Below, piece by piece: positions 47,830 to 61,328 of a stretch of DNA of 64,000 nt. The stretch spans positions 7,265,425 through 7,329,424 of the forward strand of contig CP154954.1 in the NCBI GenBank assembly GCA_039621445.1. Reading direction: 5' to 3'. Below the pieces are notes generated by a model that searched no databases, had not been told where the DNA came from, and saw only the letters and a list, made by a program, of their open reading frames with translations. Position numbers and translations under genes: made by a program. The DNA comes from Euglena gracilis (Eukaryota). The number at the start of each line of letters is the position of its first letter. Positions within the stretch are counted from its first letter, which is position 1.

Positions 47830-50800
47830 CTACTCCAAGTCCGAACCGGCCGCATAGCCGGCAACGGACTTTTTGGTGGAATAGATGGAATTTAATGAGC
47901 GCACCGCCATTCGGGCCTCATTAAATTCCCCGTCCGAGGTCTCATCCCCCTCCCTGCCCGAAGCCGGGGTGTCCTCCTCCAAACAAGATATCTTGAAACC
48001 GACCTTTTGCCGGTTGGAGGAGTAACCACGGTCATCGCGGCGCTTACCGCGATTTCCGTAGCCGGGCCGGGGGGAACGAGATCTGGGACATTTGGATGAG
48101 TGGTGGTCTTTGGAACCGCAAAGTGAAAAACGGGATTTGTGGCGGGATTCCGCATAACGGGGGGAACGGTATTCCGTTCTTCCGTCAAACCGTCGTGGCG
48201 AACGGGTTTCCCGTCGACCATGACCGGTGTACCGGGGTTTCCCCGGTGACTCGCGCGAAGAGGATGATCCACTTCGCGAACGAGATCGTGAAGGGTCGCG
48301 ATTGAAATCCCGTTTTCGGGTAGGGGGTCCAGGTGACCGACCGCGAGAGGGACGGGTTTCCCGACCATCACGCGATGGTGACTTGGGCCTACTACCGCTA
48401 AAGCGGTTCTCCGAAGAACGTGAAACTCCCGATTGACGTGAAAACGCCGAGGAACCCGATCCCCGTGAGGAGGTCGAGCCCCTTGGGCTTCCAATACGCT
48501 TTCGCGCATCGGGATTCGGGCATTCCCGAGACATGTGACCAGATTTGTTGCACAAAAAGCACAGTTTATCCGTGCCTTGGTCCGAAGAACGCTGATTCCG
48601 CGTTTTCGGTCCCGTGGTGGGTGATCTTGGTGACATGGGTGATTTTTGCAACGCGTTAACCGCACCCGCAGGGATTCCCGCGGTGGGATGCGTTTGGAAA
48701 GCGGACTGTATTTGTCCCAAAACTTGTGTGAGCTTGAGTTGCTTTGACACATAATTCCAAAGTTGGGCAAGAGTCATCTCATGCCCTGCCAACTCCTCGC
48801 GATGGATATCCTTCACGAGGGATGGTGTGAAATGCAACAAAACCGCATCGAATTGTTCGCGCATTTGCTTCTCGCTAAGTTCATCAACTTCGGAAGCAAG
48901 TGCTAACCATTTGGCATACCAAAGGTCAATGGATTTCCATTTGCGATCCGATGGCGCGAATTGTCGCCATTTCTTCTCCAGGGTAATCCTGGTGACCAGA
49001 CTTGAGTTGGTTGAAGCGTATTGCTCAACCAGGTCATCAAATGATACGCCATTACGTATCACCAACTGCGTGCGCGTTCTCGCTCCTCCCTCGGTAGGCA
49101 ATCGATGAATTCCATCTTGACTACCTCGGGATTCGGGTCTTGGGTGGGTCCCTTTAGTGCCCAATAGTACTCCCAGTCCCGAAAAAATTGTCTCCATGTG
49201 GTTGGATCCCCGTCCCATTGGGGTTTCACCTTGTTCGCAATTGCGATGGTGCCCTTGAAGTCTCTCTGAGTAACCCGCTGACCCTCGGTGGTATTCCAGG
49301 GGTTTGGGTCAGGGTAATGCCTAACACCAAACGCGTTTCGCGGATTTTCCGCTCCATGTGTATCCCGTGCAGGATTTTCCGCACCAAGTGCAAGGTTGGC
49401 AGGATTTTCCTGCGGGATTTGCGAAAATTTTGGTGAAATTCTCCCTGTGGGGCCGGTTTCCCGCCGAAAACCCGACGGGTGGTCTGGTAATCCAGAACCC
49501 GTTGGTGGTTGGTATGATCGCGAATGCGACACATGACCAATACCGGGTGTGGGGTGTTGGCTCATTCCTCGTACCAGGTTGGAATGTTGAATTTCTTGGT
49601 GGAGACTCGGATTTTCGAGCGGGGGGTCAATTTCCTCATCGGAAATGTGTTGCGAAAAGTGAGTTTGTGGTGTGGGCAAATGCAAAGGTGGTACAATTCG
49701 CGTTTTCGCGCGGGTGGTTGTACCAAATTCGCGGTGGATGTAGGGATTCCTACTCCAGCAATGGTAATTTGAGAACGCGATTCCGGGACATTTGGAATAC
49801 CAACCGCAGCGCTTACCGCGGTGGGTGGTGACATAACTGGTACCGGAGTGGACATTGTATCCAAAATCGCGGACAAGTCATGCACCGTTTCTTCCAAATG
49901 TTCCACCAACTGGAGTTGGCCGCAAATACGGTCAACCTCAGTCTCCAAATGCCTAATGCGTTTGCGGTAACGGGAAAAGTCGTCCAAGAGTGGTAACTTT
50001 TCAGAAACCAAGTGTAGGTCTTGGACAAGTTGTCTTTGGGACTCCTCCACATTCCGGAGTTGACCCGCAAGCGCTTTTACTGCATTTGAGACAATTTGCA
50101 ATTGGTGGGGTGACTTGGTGGGGGTTTCCGCGGTGGTGCGCGAATTTTCCGCGGTTGGCTTTTCCAACAACGCGGAAATTCGTCCATCCAACCGTGAAAC
50201 CTCATCTTGCATGGACCGGGCATTCCGATTCACCGATTCCTCAAGTTGAATCAAACTCGTGCAAAATGCTTGCAAGGTTTCCTTGTTGTCACCAAGCAGT
50301 TTGTTGTAAAATGAGCGAAATTCCGGTGACTCGGATATCCGAGCACGCGAAATGGGGGGCAGTGGCGGATTTCCGCTACTGTGGTGGACAACAAGGTGCA
50401 ACGGATTTGTAATTCCCCAATAGCGGCTTGGATACCACTAATGTCGGGAATTCGCTTGGAAAGTGCGGAAACATGCTCCTGCAAACCGACAACGGTGGCA
50501 TTCATACCGCCAATGTCCGTTTGCATTTGTTGTTGCGCGAAATCCAACCGTTGTGCGCAATCCGCGATTTTAGCGTTCAAGGTGGTTAATCCATCCTGAT
50601 TTGCGGCACAATGGCAGGATTTCTGCTCCAAGTATAGGATGTGTTCCTCCAAAATCTGGATTTGCGAACGGGGAACAAAATTGTCTTGCACTTTCGCCTG
50701 AAACTGCTTCAAATGCTCGATTTCCGAGCCAAGATGCAAAATACGTTGTTGGGCTTCTTGGAAAGAAGTAGTGAGTGTGGCAAAATGCTCAACCGCAACA

Positions 50801-51901
50801 AAATTACCGATTTCCGGCATTTTGGGGGTGGCAATTTGCGCTTGTAACTGGTGCTGCAATTGCAGTAGCATGGTTGAACAGGATTCCACTTTGGCAAAAA
50901 GATGGCTCATACCATCTTGCACATGCAGAAACTTGGAATCATTCCGCGTTTCCGCTTCATGCAGCATTTCGCTGATTTGTTGGAAATTTTGTGGAAGTTG
51001 GATGCGCAAAATACTGTCAACACTTTCTCGAAAATGCTGAAGGTCTTTCCCCGCATTTTCAAAATTGTGTTGGCAATATTTGCCGATTTCCTGCAAACAA
51101 TTCCAGCAACATTCCAGTTTGGTGTTGACAACCCTTTGATTGTCCTCATCGAACTGCAAAACTTTGTTGAACATGGTTGCACATTCCGCAACGCATTGGT
51201 GGACATGCAAAATTAAGCGGTGATCCGCTGGGAGCTGACCGAGAATTCGGTAAACATCACCGGGGGTGAGGTTATCCCTCAAATCTTCCTCATAGTCCTC
51301 CACAATGGAAACGGCACCAGAGATTTCCGGTACCACCAGACGCGTATCTGGGTTCCATGGCAATGCAGGGAAAACCGCAGCTTCCGCGGGAAATCCCGGC
51401 AATGCGCCAAATGGTGTGGGGGGTGGTAATTGAGGGGGGGGGGGGGTGGAAAAAACACGGTGTTTCCACCGAGTGACATTCCAAAAGGCCCACCGGTGCT
51501 TCCACCGGGGATCTTTTGGGTGTGAACAGAGCAAAGGGCAAATACCCCTCACTTTGTTCATGGGTAACATGAGTAACCAAGTGTGAAGGTGTAAGGGGTT
51601 CATCCCCTCGCCGTATCAATGATGGGTGAATCGGGATGGAGGAAGGCATTTTGCCACCTACATCCCGCACAATCAATGACACTGATGATGAAGAGGGTTC
51701 ATTACCCCCATGCAACAATGAAGGCGTTTCGCCTTTTGACAATGAAAAATGAGTCAAATTGCCTTCTTCTTGCTTGGGGGGTCGGGAATTGGAACTTGTT
51801 TCATTCAAACCGTTCCAATCCCCGCAATCTTCATCACAATTGCTCAATGAACTCATCAACAAGTCATAATCAAATTTGGCGTTGGGGCTTGTGCTCTGCA
51901 T
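47830..51901 (-). pseudogene. gag: Family A gag, full span (~1350 codons), frameshifted
   Basis: Starts MQSTSP (51901), ends GSDLE-TAG; homologous to B gag. Confidence 0.88.
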
Positions 51902-52155
51902 CTTTTGAGATGGGTAAAAAGGCAAAAACCCAAAAATTCACACAAATAAGCAGAGAAACAGGGACCAGAAAGGTTGTATCGGCGATTACCGAACAGAGCC
52001 TTCTGAGACCTGTATCCTTGCTTAAATGTTGGCTAGGGGCCAGGAACAGTACTTTCACCGTGTTTCACGGTTCAGTACGATCCTCACCACCAGTCAACCA
52101 CAGAGTTTCTCTGTGTGGAACGCCTGTGTAGGATCGTTGCCTAAATCTGCTACCA

Positions 52156-52555
52156 AGTGTACGTCCAAGGACTTCCCTTTGACCCCTTTTGCCACGGAAA
52201 AGCCTGTTTCGCTTTCTCCTGGTGCGCACCTACTTAGGTGACTAAAAATCCTTGGAGTAACAAAGCACTTTTTCCTAATTCCCCTATGCTAAGGCAGAGC
52301 ACAAAGCAAGTCGCTGTGTAAGGATTTTCCTTCACAGTCGTGTTCAGTCCTTTTCAGAGGTTGATCCTCTTACTTCAAAACAATCAGAATGTGAAGAATA
52401 GAATACCACCTGTGAGGAAAAGAGATCACGCGAGCACTTGTGATACGTGTCGCTAATTCCCATAGGATCTGCCACGATCGTCAGGCTGTGTTCATCACAG
52501 CAGTCAGATTGTGACGGATCCAGACTCTGCAGGTTTCCTACAGAGCTGGGATCGT
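52156..52555 (-). repeat. Family A 5' LTR (major part; its first 12 bp lie at 61317-61328)
   Basis: Ends GGACGTACACT followed by the PBS; shares the CACAGGTGGTATT motif with the B and C LTRs. Confidence 0.82.
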
Positions 52556-55500
52556 AGTGTACGTCCCCTGACTCTATTCCCACTGCCTGTCGGCCAACTT
52601 ACACCCTCCCGTGGGAACAGAACCAGGAGAGTAACAAAAAAGAAAATCTTTCACTTAAATATTAGTTTTTATTGCCTTTGGGCTTATGCAGAGCACAAGG
52701 CAAAGAGAGGGATTTGTTTGGAAACTCGTTCCTCCAATGTTCTCCTATCGGAGTGTTGAACTTGAAATCTTGGTTTGCCCTTTTGGGCTAATGAAATGTG
52801 AAACAGAATAACAATACCACCTGTGAAAAGAGAAGGCAGATCCGAGATAGGATAGTCTATTCCTAATTCTGCAACTTGTATTGCAGAACTTGGAATAGTA
52901 CTATCTGGCATAACATTGTACATTCTGCAGTCTGCTGCTTTGCACAGTGCCATGTTCATGCTGCCTGGTACACATCCCCCTCCCAGGGCTTTGCCCGATT
53001 TCCTTACTGGACCAGGCCAGCAAGGATTCAAGCATAGCTCTGAGACTGAGGAATGTACACCAGGACCGCATGTCTTGGGTCTGCTTCTCCATCACAAGGT
53101 CAAAAACCAGAAAGGGAAGGAAGAGAGGGGAACCCAAAAATCCCAAAACGCGCAAAAGAGGTTATCCGCTTATGCGGCTAACTACTTATTGCGGTAAAGG
53201 GGTGGAAGTGGAAGAGCCCATTGGAAAATGGGGCTGGAAGGTTTCCGTTCCAGAAAGTCCCATCCGCCCGGTTTGGGGTGTGCCTACGGCACTTGTGGTG
53301 GTCTCATTCCATGATCGGAAAAGATTGTAGAGGTAGGGTGTGGTAGGAGGGGCACCTGGCCAGTCATACCTGACCAGGGAAGAAGACCTATTTACAAAAC
53401 CAACTGCCGGCGACAGCGATTTTACCCGGGGGGGGAAACGGGAGAGGAGTGGGGGGCTGGTCAAAAGACCTTAGGCAGAATTTTTGCTGTCTGGCAGTCT
53501 TATGGGGGCCTTAAGGCCGAAAAGTAACAAGTTGGCCTAATTATTACGTTGTGCGCGCTGTGTGCTGTGCGTCTTCTTACTGGCGGCATATACCGCTGTG
53601 AAGTCTTCACAGTGCAGCGCGAACACGGTGTTGTCGATGGGGTATCCCCAGAGGCGTATACCTCAGAATAGCGGGCAGTAGCCCTAAAAACTGTAGATTT
53701 GGCATTTGTGCCTTGGGTGTGCAGCCTGTAGGCTGAAGGGTTGGCATTAACCAAAAATAATGGGGGGGGTAGGCTTTATCGCCAAGAAACCTTGCCTTGC
53801 GGAATATGCATGGCACAAAAATTCTACTGGGTGTATACCCGAATCAAAAAAATTCGGCAGATTGCCAAAAAATCATAGTGAGGTGTACAACCGCAGAAAA
53901 AATGCGGAATTGTTGCAGGCTGCTGCCATTTCACAACTGTGGTTGGTGTGGCTTATACCACTTTGAAAAACCGCAAATGAACTGTGAATGCACATAAAAG
54001 GATGGAACATTGTTCCAGTGCGGTGAAATTCATCACAAAAAGCTGGATTTCACCATTTTTGAGCTATGGTTCTTATAAACCTTGCGGAATGACACCATTG
54101 GTGTTGCACATGATGACCATTGGGTCCTCCGAATTATATCGGTAAGGTGGTCCCACTGAATAAAGTGGGGGGGGGGGTCCGAATTATATCGGTAAGGGGG
54201 TCCCACGGAATAAAGTGAGGGGGGGGGGCAAGAATGCCGTTAGTGTGGTAAGCAGGAAAAAATACTGCAAATATGATAAAATCTCATCATTTGTGACTAT
54301 GCCACTGAGAAATACTGACTTTTGTCAGATTTTTAGGGAAATCCCTGTCAGGATTTAGGGCAGAAAAGCAGATTCTGCGTCGAGAATTGCATTTTTGTAA
54401 CCGAAAGTGCAACTTTGTTGCATTTTGAGTCATTTAAGACTGCAAATTTGCCAAGTGCACATAGTGCTTGTTGAGAGTGTCCAATAACACTGCATGTTTG
54501 TTTTTTTACAGATTTTGGGATTTGGGTGTCTAATAACACCACATCACCCCAAAAGCTGTAAAATTGTACAAAAATATTGCAAAAAAAGCAAAAATACGCT
54601 TAAAAATACAAGTAAAACATGTCTATGACATCTTGAGCAAAGGAAAAATTGCGATTATCAGCATATCCCTTTGCATTCCACTCTGGCATAGTGCCTCATG
54701 GTCACTCCCATTAGGGATATGAGTGCCAGAATAGGGAAAAATCACCAAAAATTGCAAAAAATCAATGATTTAAATGAAAATTTGCACATAAGTGCTCCTA
54801 AAAATGATACTAGTGAGTCGAAATGACTCCAAATTGTGGGCTATAGCCCTCTGAACTGTACCAGGCCTAATAGCCCATACAGAGGGGGCAATGGGCAGAA
54901 TGCTGCCAAAGGAGCTTAAAAATGGCCATTAGCCAAACTGGTAACCAATGGTAATTAGCCATCAGAAACGATGTAGGGTACAGTATAGAAGCCTTTCAGG
55001 CTGATTTGCCAGTCTGGTACACGATCGTACAAGATCTGGCTGAAATAATTCGGTTTGGCCAAATTGGCTGGGCTTAATTCAAAATTTCACGATCTCCTCA
55101 AATAAGAGCACCGTGTGGAGTTACAGCGATCTGATTGCACCGCCGGACGGCTCATCTAACGAGCTTTCGAATGAGGGGTAACATGGCCTATCGGCCAGCT
55201 ACAGGCGCTGAGATACGTCTTTGATCTTTTGCCTGTGTGAGTGAGCTTTTGCTATAAGCTCCCATAATTTATTCTACAAAGACAACTTTTGGTTCCTATC
55301 TCATAGGCACTACTACATACAGTCAAAACCTCATGGCACGAGGTGCCAGAAATTTTGAAGCTTTTGTGGTGGTTTTGAGGCTATGCCAAAGTGACACTTA
55401 TGCAAATCTGCATAAAACTAGCCTATTTGGCTTGTTTTGGCCAGTTCAGCCACTTTCAGCCACGTAATATGGCTTTTTGTGCCATTTTTTGAGGTCCTAT

Positions 55501-57257
55501 GGACTTTAAACTTTATATTATGGATTTGTGGACTTTTGGTCCTTTTGGTCCTTGCAATTTGTGCAAATTGGTCCTATGGACCCATGGACCACATGGGCAA
55601 TGGCCTAAAAGCCTTGCACATCATAGGGTGTATTGGTCACATAGACCTAAGGCTAAGTGGTCAAGTCCACAAAAATGCATGTTTGAATGAATTTTCTTCA
55701 TTTTCTTTTTTTTTTGGGGGGGGAGGGGCAACTATGTTGCACATAAAAGAAATGAAATTGTGAGCATTTTCCCATATCGGGATTGCATTTTGCCAAAGTA
55801 TAAGCCATTTAGGCACAAAACTGCTATTTAAGCACAAGTTGGATAAGTTTTCGGGAAAAATGCAGTATTTGCAATACATCCCAAAAAAGTTTATCACATG
55901 ACTTGTGTTGCTCTATAGAGCTTTGGGAACACCAAAATATTTTTGGTGTGGGAGTGGATTGTGCAAAAAACCGTATTCACATAAAACTTCACTTCTTGTT
56001 TGCTGTCATCAAACAAAATCTGCAATTTGAGCATGTGGTACAGAAACAAACATCCATGAACAGAATTGCGGATTTCCACACATATATCTTTGGGAATGAC
56101 TCCCAAAAGAATATGGGTGGTTTGGGCGTATACCCATGTGTCATAAATGCACGATAGTGCTCACACCACATTGTGAGAAAGGGGGGTTGCCAAGGTGGGT
56201 GGCGCGATATGCGCGGGGTCTAGCGCGATACGCGCATGATATGGCGCGATACGCGTGGGGGGGGGACAGTTGCTACACTGCACAATATGTGCGTGGGGGG
56301 TAAGCTTGGAAGCGCGATATGCGCAGAATTCGCGCGACGCGCGGTGTGCGCAATTAGCGCTTGGGGGGGGGGAATGTGAGCTATGCGCATCGGCATTGAT
56401 GTGCGCTATGCGCTTCGGGGGGAATGTGCACATAGTGCTGAATTTGTCTTGCACTTGACAAAAATCGGTCAATGAATAGAGCTCTCCGTTGGAGATAGAG
56501 TGTGGGGGGATTAGTTTTGATGTATATATTCACCTTTGTGTTTGGTTGGTGATTGTGTGGAAAGTTCTCCCAGAGTGCACACCATGGGGGGAAGGTGCGG
56601 AGTAGTTGTCCTGGTCGCGCATGTCGGTCTGCGGGGGTGAGTGTGTATTAAAAATTTGAGCATGCGAATTTTGGAGCTGCTTGGGGTGTACAGGATTGTC
56701 TGCAATCGACAAACCTGGTGGAAAACGAAAAGTTGAAAGCAGCTGGGCGACTACTCGACACCGTTTAAACTTCAGGCCTTAGGGCTTTCGTCTTGGAACC
56801 CAGTGGAACGATCGGGGGTTAAGCTACTTGTTACCCCTACCGCATGTGGAACGTTTGTGGATATGCGGTGGGTAGGGGGGGCACTTTCTCTTTACCCCTG
56901 GGTTGATAACGGTGTTGGTGTTGTTGAAAACGGTGTTGCTGTCATCGAAAACGGTATGTAAAAGTGATGATTAGTAGAAGTTTGAGGGGGGGAAGAATTT
57001 TGCGGAGTTGTGTGCATTCTTGGAGCGGGAATCCACTCAACCACATGGTCATTCATGGGCTATCCCATGATAAACCACAACCGGAAACACAAAAGTGTCC
57101 ATACGTCAAAGGTTCATGTAAATTTTGAGCGGGGACACCAGAAAATCCTTGCACACTGACCAGAAAGGATACTGGGCAGGGGATGACTAGGGTCGCGACT
57201 CCTGTCACCTCCTTTCTAGTAGCCTCTGTAGTCCGCATCCTTGGATTTTTGGTTCCT

Positions 57258-60200
57258 TCACTCAAAAACCGAACCGGTGACCATATCAGCCGTTGACTTT
57301 CTTGACGCATTTACGTCTCTGACTATATGAGCGCTAAAGCGGGGATGATCCCTTTGGTTACATGGGGTATCATCCCCCTCCCTGCCCGAAGCCGGGCGAT
57401 AATCCTCGATAGAGGTTGCTCTTTGACCTACCTTATGCCTTTTGGCTGAAGTATGATCTTTTGAACTGCGAGTCATATCGCGATGGCTTGGGTGGGGAGG
57501 AGTCGCATAGCGACATTTGGGTGAGGGGTGGTTGATTGATCCGCACAGTGAACATGTTGATCGTGATTGGTATTTTGATTTTTGCGAATGCGCATTTTGT
57601 GAAAAACGAGAACTGCATGATGAGGCTGATCCTCTTGGACTTGGGTTGCGCTTTCGCGCTGCGGGACTTGGACAATGGCAAGATATATGACCCTTTTTGT
57701 TACACAAAAAGCACAATTTGTCCGAAAATTCTTCTGAAGAGCACGAATTGCGCAATTTGGATTCCGCTATAGCGGTATGTGATAAGCGTGACACTTTTTT
57801 CACAGAACTGACTTGTATAGCGGGTATTTCTGCTGTGGGGTGGCTCGTATAAGCCGACTGGATTTGTCCCAGAAGCTGTGATAGCTTCAGTTGTTTGGAA
57901 ACATAGTTCCATCGCTCATCGAGCGTCAAAATATGTCCTGCGAGTTCCTCGCGGTGAATTTCTTTGATAAGTTTGGGTATAAAGTGCAGTAATACTGCGT
58001 CAAATTGCTCTTTCATTTGGATTTCGCCTAACTCGTCTACTTCGGCTGCCAAACAAAGCCATTTTGAGTACCATAGGTCTATCGACCTCCATTTTCGGTC
58101 ATGGGGGGCATATTGCCGCCATTTTTTCTCCAGAGTGATTCTGGAAACCAAACTTGAACATGAAGAAGCATATTGCTCTACCAAATCCGGAAAAGAAATG
58201 CGCCCGCGTATGACCAATTGTCTGGCGCGTTCCTTTTCGTCTTTTGGTAAACAGTCTATGAATTCCATTTTGATTACTTCTGGGTTTCCGTCTTGGGTTG
58301 GACCCTTCAAGGCCCAGAAGTACTCCCAGTCACGGAAAAATTGTTTCCATGTGGTGGGGTCACCGTCCCATTGGGGCTTCACCTTATTCGCGATTGCGAT
58401 GGTGTTTGTGAAATCTTTCTGAGTAACCCGTGGCCCTTCGGTGGTATTCATGGTGGGTGGGCCCGGGCGCGGTATCGCACCATGTGTGGATACACCGGTG
58501 GCTGCACCAAGTGTGTTGTTGTGGAAATTATGCGAATGCGCATGGAACATACCACCAAGTGTACCATAGGTACCATGTACATTTGGGGTGTCGCGAATGC
58601 GCGAATGGTGATGCGAATGCGCATGGGGGGGTGACGTGTCACATGGTTGTACTGTTGGAGATTCCAAGCGTATTTGCGAGGAATGACCAGAAACTGGTGT
58701 GGGATTGCGGCCCATACCGCTAATTAGTTCGGACTGCCGAATCTCTTGACTTAAGAGGTGGGTTGGTCTGGTTCTTGATGGAGAACCTGACTCATCATCT
58801 GAAAACTTGTCCATTGGGACTGGTAACGCCACGGGGGGAACTTCCACATGAGCGGAAATGTGGTTTGGTGGCAATGTGCCAGGAGGCTCTTCAATGGTTG
58901 CGCGAATAGCACTTTCTGAGGTGAAGGATGTGGCAAGTGTGCCAACCATACCCGAATGCGGGATTTTTTGTACAGAACGCAATTGCGTGTACTTGGTCCA
59001 AATTGGTTGCCAACTCGTGCACACGTTGCTCCAAATTGTCAACAACTTGCAAATTGTCGTTTATCCGACTCACATCATCCTGTAAGCGCCTAATTCGCTT
59101 TCGGTGTGAGGGTAGTTTATCCAAAAGCAGTGTTTTGTCAGAGATCGACTGAAAGTCCTTTGCAATTGCACCAAACCCAGTGTCTAATTCTTGAACTCGT
59201 ACCGCTAAAGTGCGTATCGCACTGGAAATGGCCTCCAATTGTGGAGATGGTTGGTCCGAATGCGGACTTTTGACTATTTCAGCCTTTGGCTGTTCCATCA
59301 AAACCGAAACTTGCGCGGATAGCGCGGTAATGTCATTTTGTAGTTTTGTGACATCCTGCTTCACCGTTTTCTCGGTGTTCATGAGACTATCACAAAATCC
59401 TTGCATAATTTCGTGATTTTCCGCGCGCATTTCAGCGCAAAACTGCTCCAAGTGTAGGGATGTGAGTGTGGGAATGGGTGTGGTCGACGGCAATGCGTCT
59501 GGGGTTGGTGATTGCACCTGAAGCAATTTTGTGCTTAATTCTTGCATGCATATCTGCAAATCCGCTATCGCGGTTTGAATTACGGTTACATCCGTAATTT
59601 TGCCATTTGTTTCCGCACAGCGGGCATGAAACTTAGCCATAGCGGCTTCAATTTCTACCATGTCACTTTGCCGCTGTTGTTGCAAATCCTCAAACCTACT
59701 CGCAATATTTGCGATTTGGGTGTGAAAACTTGCAACTTCAGCAGGAAATTCACCAGAATGACGAGATTTCTGCTCCAATCGAGAAAGTCTCTCCTCCAAT
59801 TGTTGCACATAAGTGCGGGAGCCAAAACTTTCATGTGCTTGGGCAGAAACTTGTGCAAAATTCGCGGAAACACCGCTCAATTGGAGAATGCGCTGTTGCG
59901 CTTTCTGGAAATCAGTTGCAAGGTTGGAAAACTGCTCCAGTGTGATAAATTGTCCGATAGGACTTGGACATGGGAGCACATGGGGGGGGCGGGAAAAAAT
60001 TTGGTATTTCTAACCCAACCTCAACAAAAAGTGGATGTGGCGCAACCGCCTCAGAATCAAATGTGCCTATCGGCATTGGTGCGATATCTCGCTGGGCGGT
60101 AAAACTGTCAGCCAATCGGCTTTCCACCAAAAGTGGTTGAGCCTGTTGGGCTATGGGCAGCTCGATAGAGCTGGACACCGATAGGTGTGGGGGAGCCCAT

Positions 60201-60514
60201 TGGGCGGGGGGATGAGGCACCATTAGGTTTGCACCCCGTTGGGGTTGGGAATGCTCGATAGAGCTGGACAATTGGGTGGGGGGGTGCTCAATAGAGCTGC
60301 TAATTTGGGTGGGGGGATGCTCAATGGAGCTGGGGATTTGTGTGGGGGGATGCTCAATAGAGCTGAGGACTTGTGTGGGGGGATGCTCAATAGAGCTGGG
60401 GGTATACCTTGATTGGAGCGTATACTCCTCTTGTGACAATTCATGTGAAGTGCTTCTCAAAGAACCAATCAATTCTTGGTAATCAATGAGTGTGTTGGTG
60501 CTTGAGCTCTGCAT
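57258..60514 (-). pseudogene. gag: Family C gag (two frameshifts), ends GSVFE-TGA; no pol follows
   Basis: ORFs 60694-59912, 59979-58891, 59045-57258; CCHC knuckles. Confidence 0.88.
60250..60400 (-). repeat. 33-bp coding minisatellite (SSIEHPPTQxx, ~5 copies) in the C Gag N-terminus
   Basis: Repeated ggggatgctcaatagagctg units. Confidence 0.85.
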
Positions 60515-60750
60515 ATTTATATTTGCAGGGGAAAAAAAACACAAGCAAACCACAAAAGGTAAGCAAAGGAACAAACTTAGAAGGATGTGGCAGCTTATAC
60601 TGTCCAGAGCCTCCTGAAGCTCGTACCTGTGCTTAGAAGTTGGCTCCAAACAGCTCGTGGACGCTTTGTGGCCTATAGGCTCAGCACCACCCACTGTTTG
60701 AAGTCACCTGATAAGATGGGGGGGAGAAGGGGCGTAGGAAAGAAACCAAA

Positions 60751-60892
60751 TCTGCTACCAAGTGTACGCCTTGGTAGTCTTTCTGTTTGTGAAGTATGTG
60801 TAGGTTCGTAACCTATTCTGCTACCAAGTGTATTCCTTGGTAGTCTTTCTGTTTGTGAAGTATGTGTAGGTTCGTAACCTATTCTGCTACCA
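60751..60892 (-). promoter_or_regulatory. Triplicated PBS, 66-bp period (family C)
   Basis: tctgctacca at 60751, 60817 and 60883. Confidence 0.85.
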
Positions 60893-61328
60893 AGTGTACG
60901 TCCCCTGACTCTATTCCCACTGCCTGTCGGCCTACTTACACCCTCCCGTGGGAACAGAACCAGGAGAGTAACAAAAAAGAAAATCTTTCACTTAACTATT
61001 AGTTTTTATTGCCTTTGGGCTTATGCAGAGCACAAGGCAAAGAGAGGGATTTGTTTGGAAACTCGTTCCTCCAATGTTCTCCTATCGGAGTGTTGAACTT
61101 GAAATCTTGGTTTGCCCTTTTGGGCTAATGAAATGTGAAACAGAATAACAATACCACCTGTGAAAAGAGAAGGCAGATCCGAGATAGGATAGTCTATTCC
61201 TAATTCTGCAACTTGTATTGCAGAACTTGGAATAGTACTATCTGGCATAACATTGTACATTCTGCAGTCTGCTGCTATGCACAGTGCCATGTTCATGCTG
61301 CCTGGTACACAATCGTGCCTGGTACACA

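Larger units (their letters stand above)
32143..50810 (-). repeat. Right arm of the large inverted duplication
   Basis: Reverse complement of 12094-31595 except for the B-pol/C swap. Confidence 0.93.
52556..61311 (-). mobile_element. Family C full-length non-autonomous gag-only LTR element (8.76 kb)
   Basis: Near-identical 419-bp LTRs 52556-52974 and 60893-61311; TSD ATCGT at 52551-52555 and 61312-61316; PPT from 52975; triple PBS. Confidence 0.95.
31595..61328 (-). mobile_element. Family A LTR retrotransposon (3'-truncated in RT), host of the B and C insertions
   Basis: 5' LTR split into 61317-61328 and 52156-52555; single PBS 52146-52155; gag and pol on the - strand. Confidence 0.88.

Noticed and set aside
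12094..50810. Palindrome as a simple fold-back read artefact
   Set aside because: The arms differ structurally (6.6-kb replacement by a C copy, other indels); a haplotype mis-join is not fully excluded
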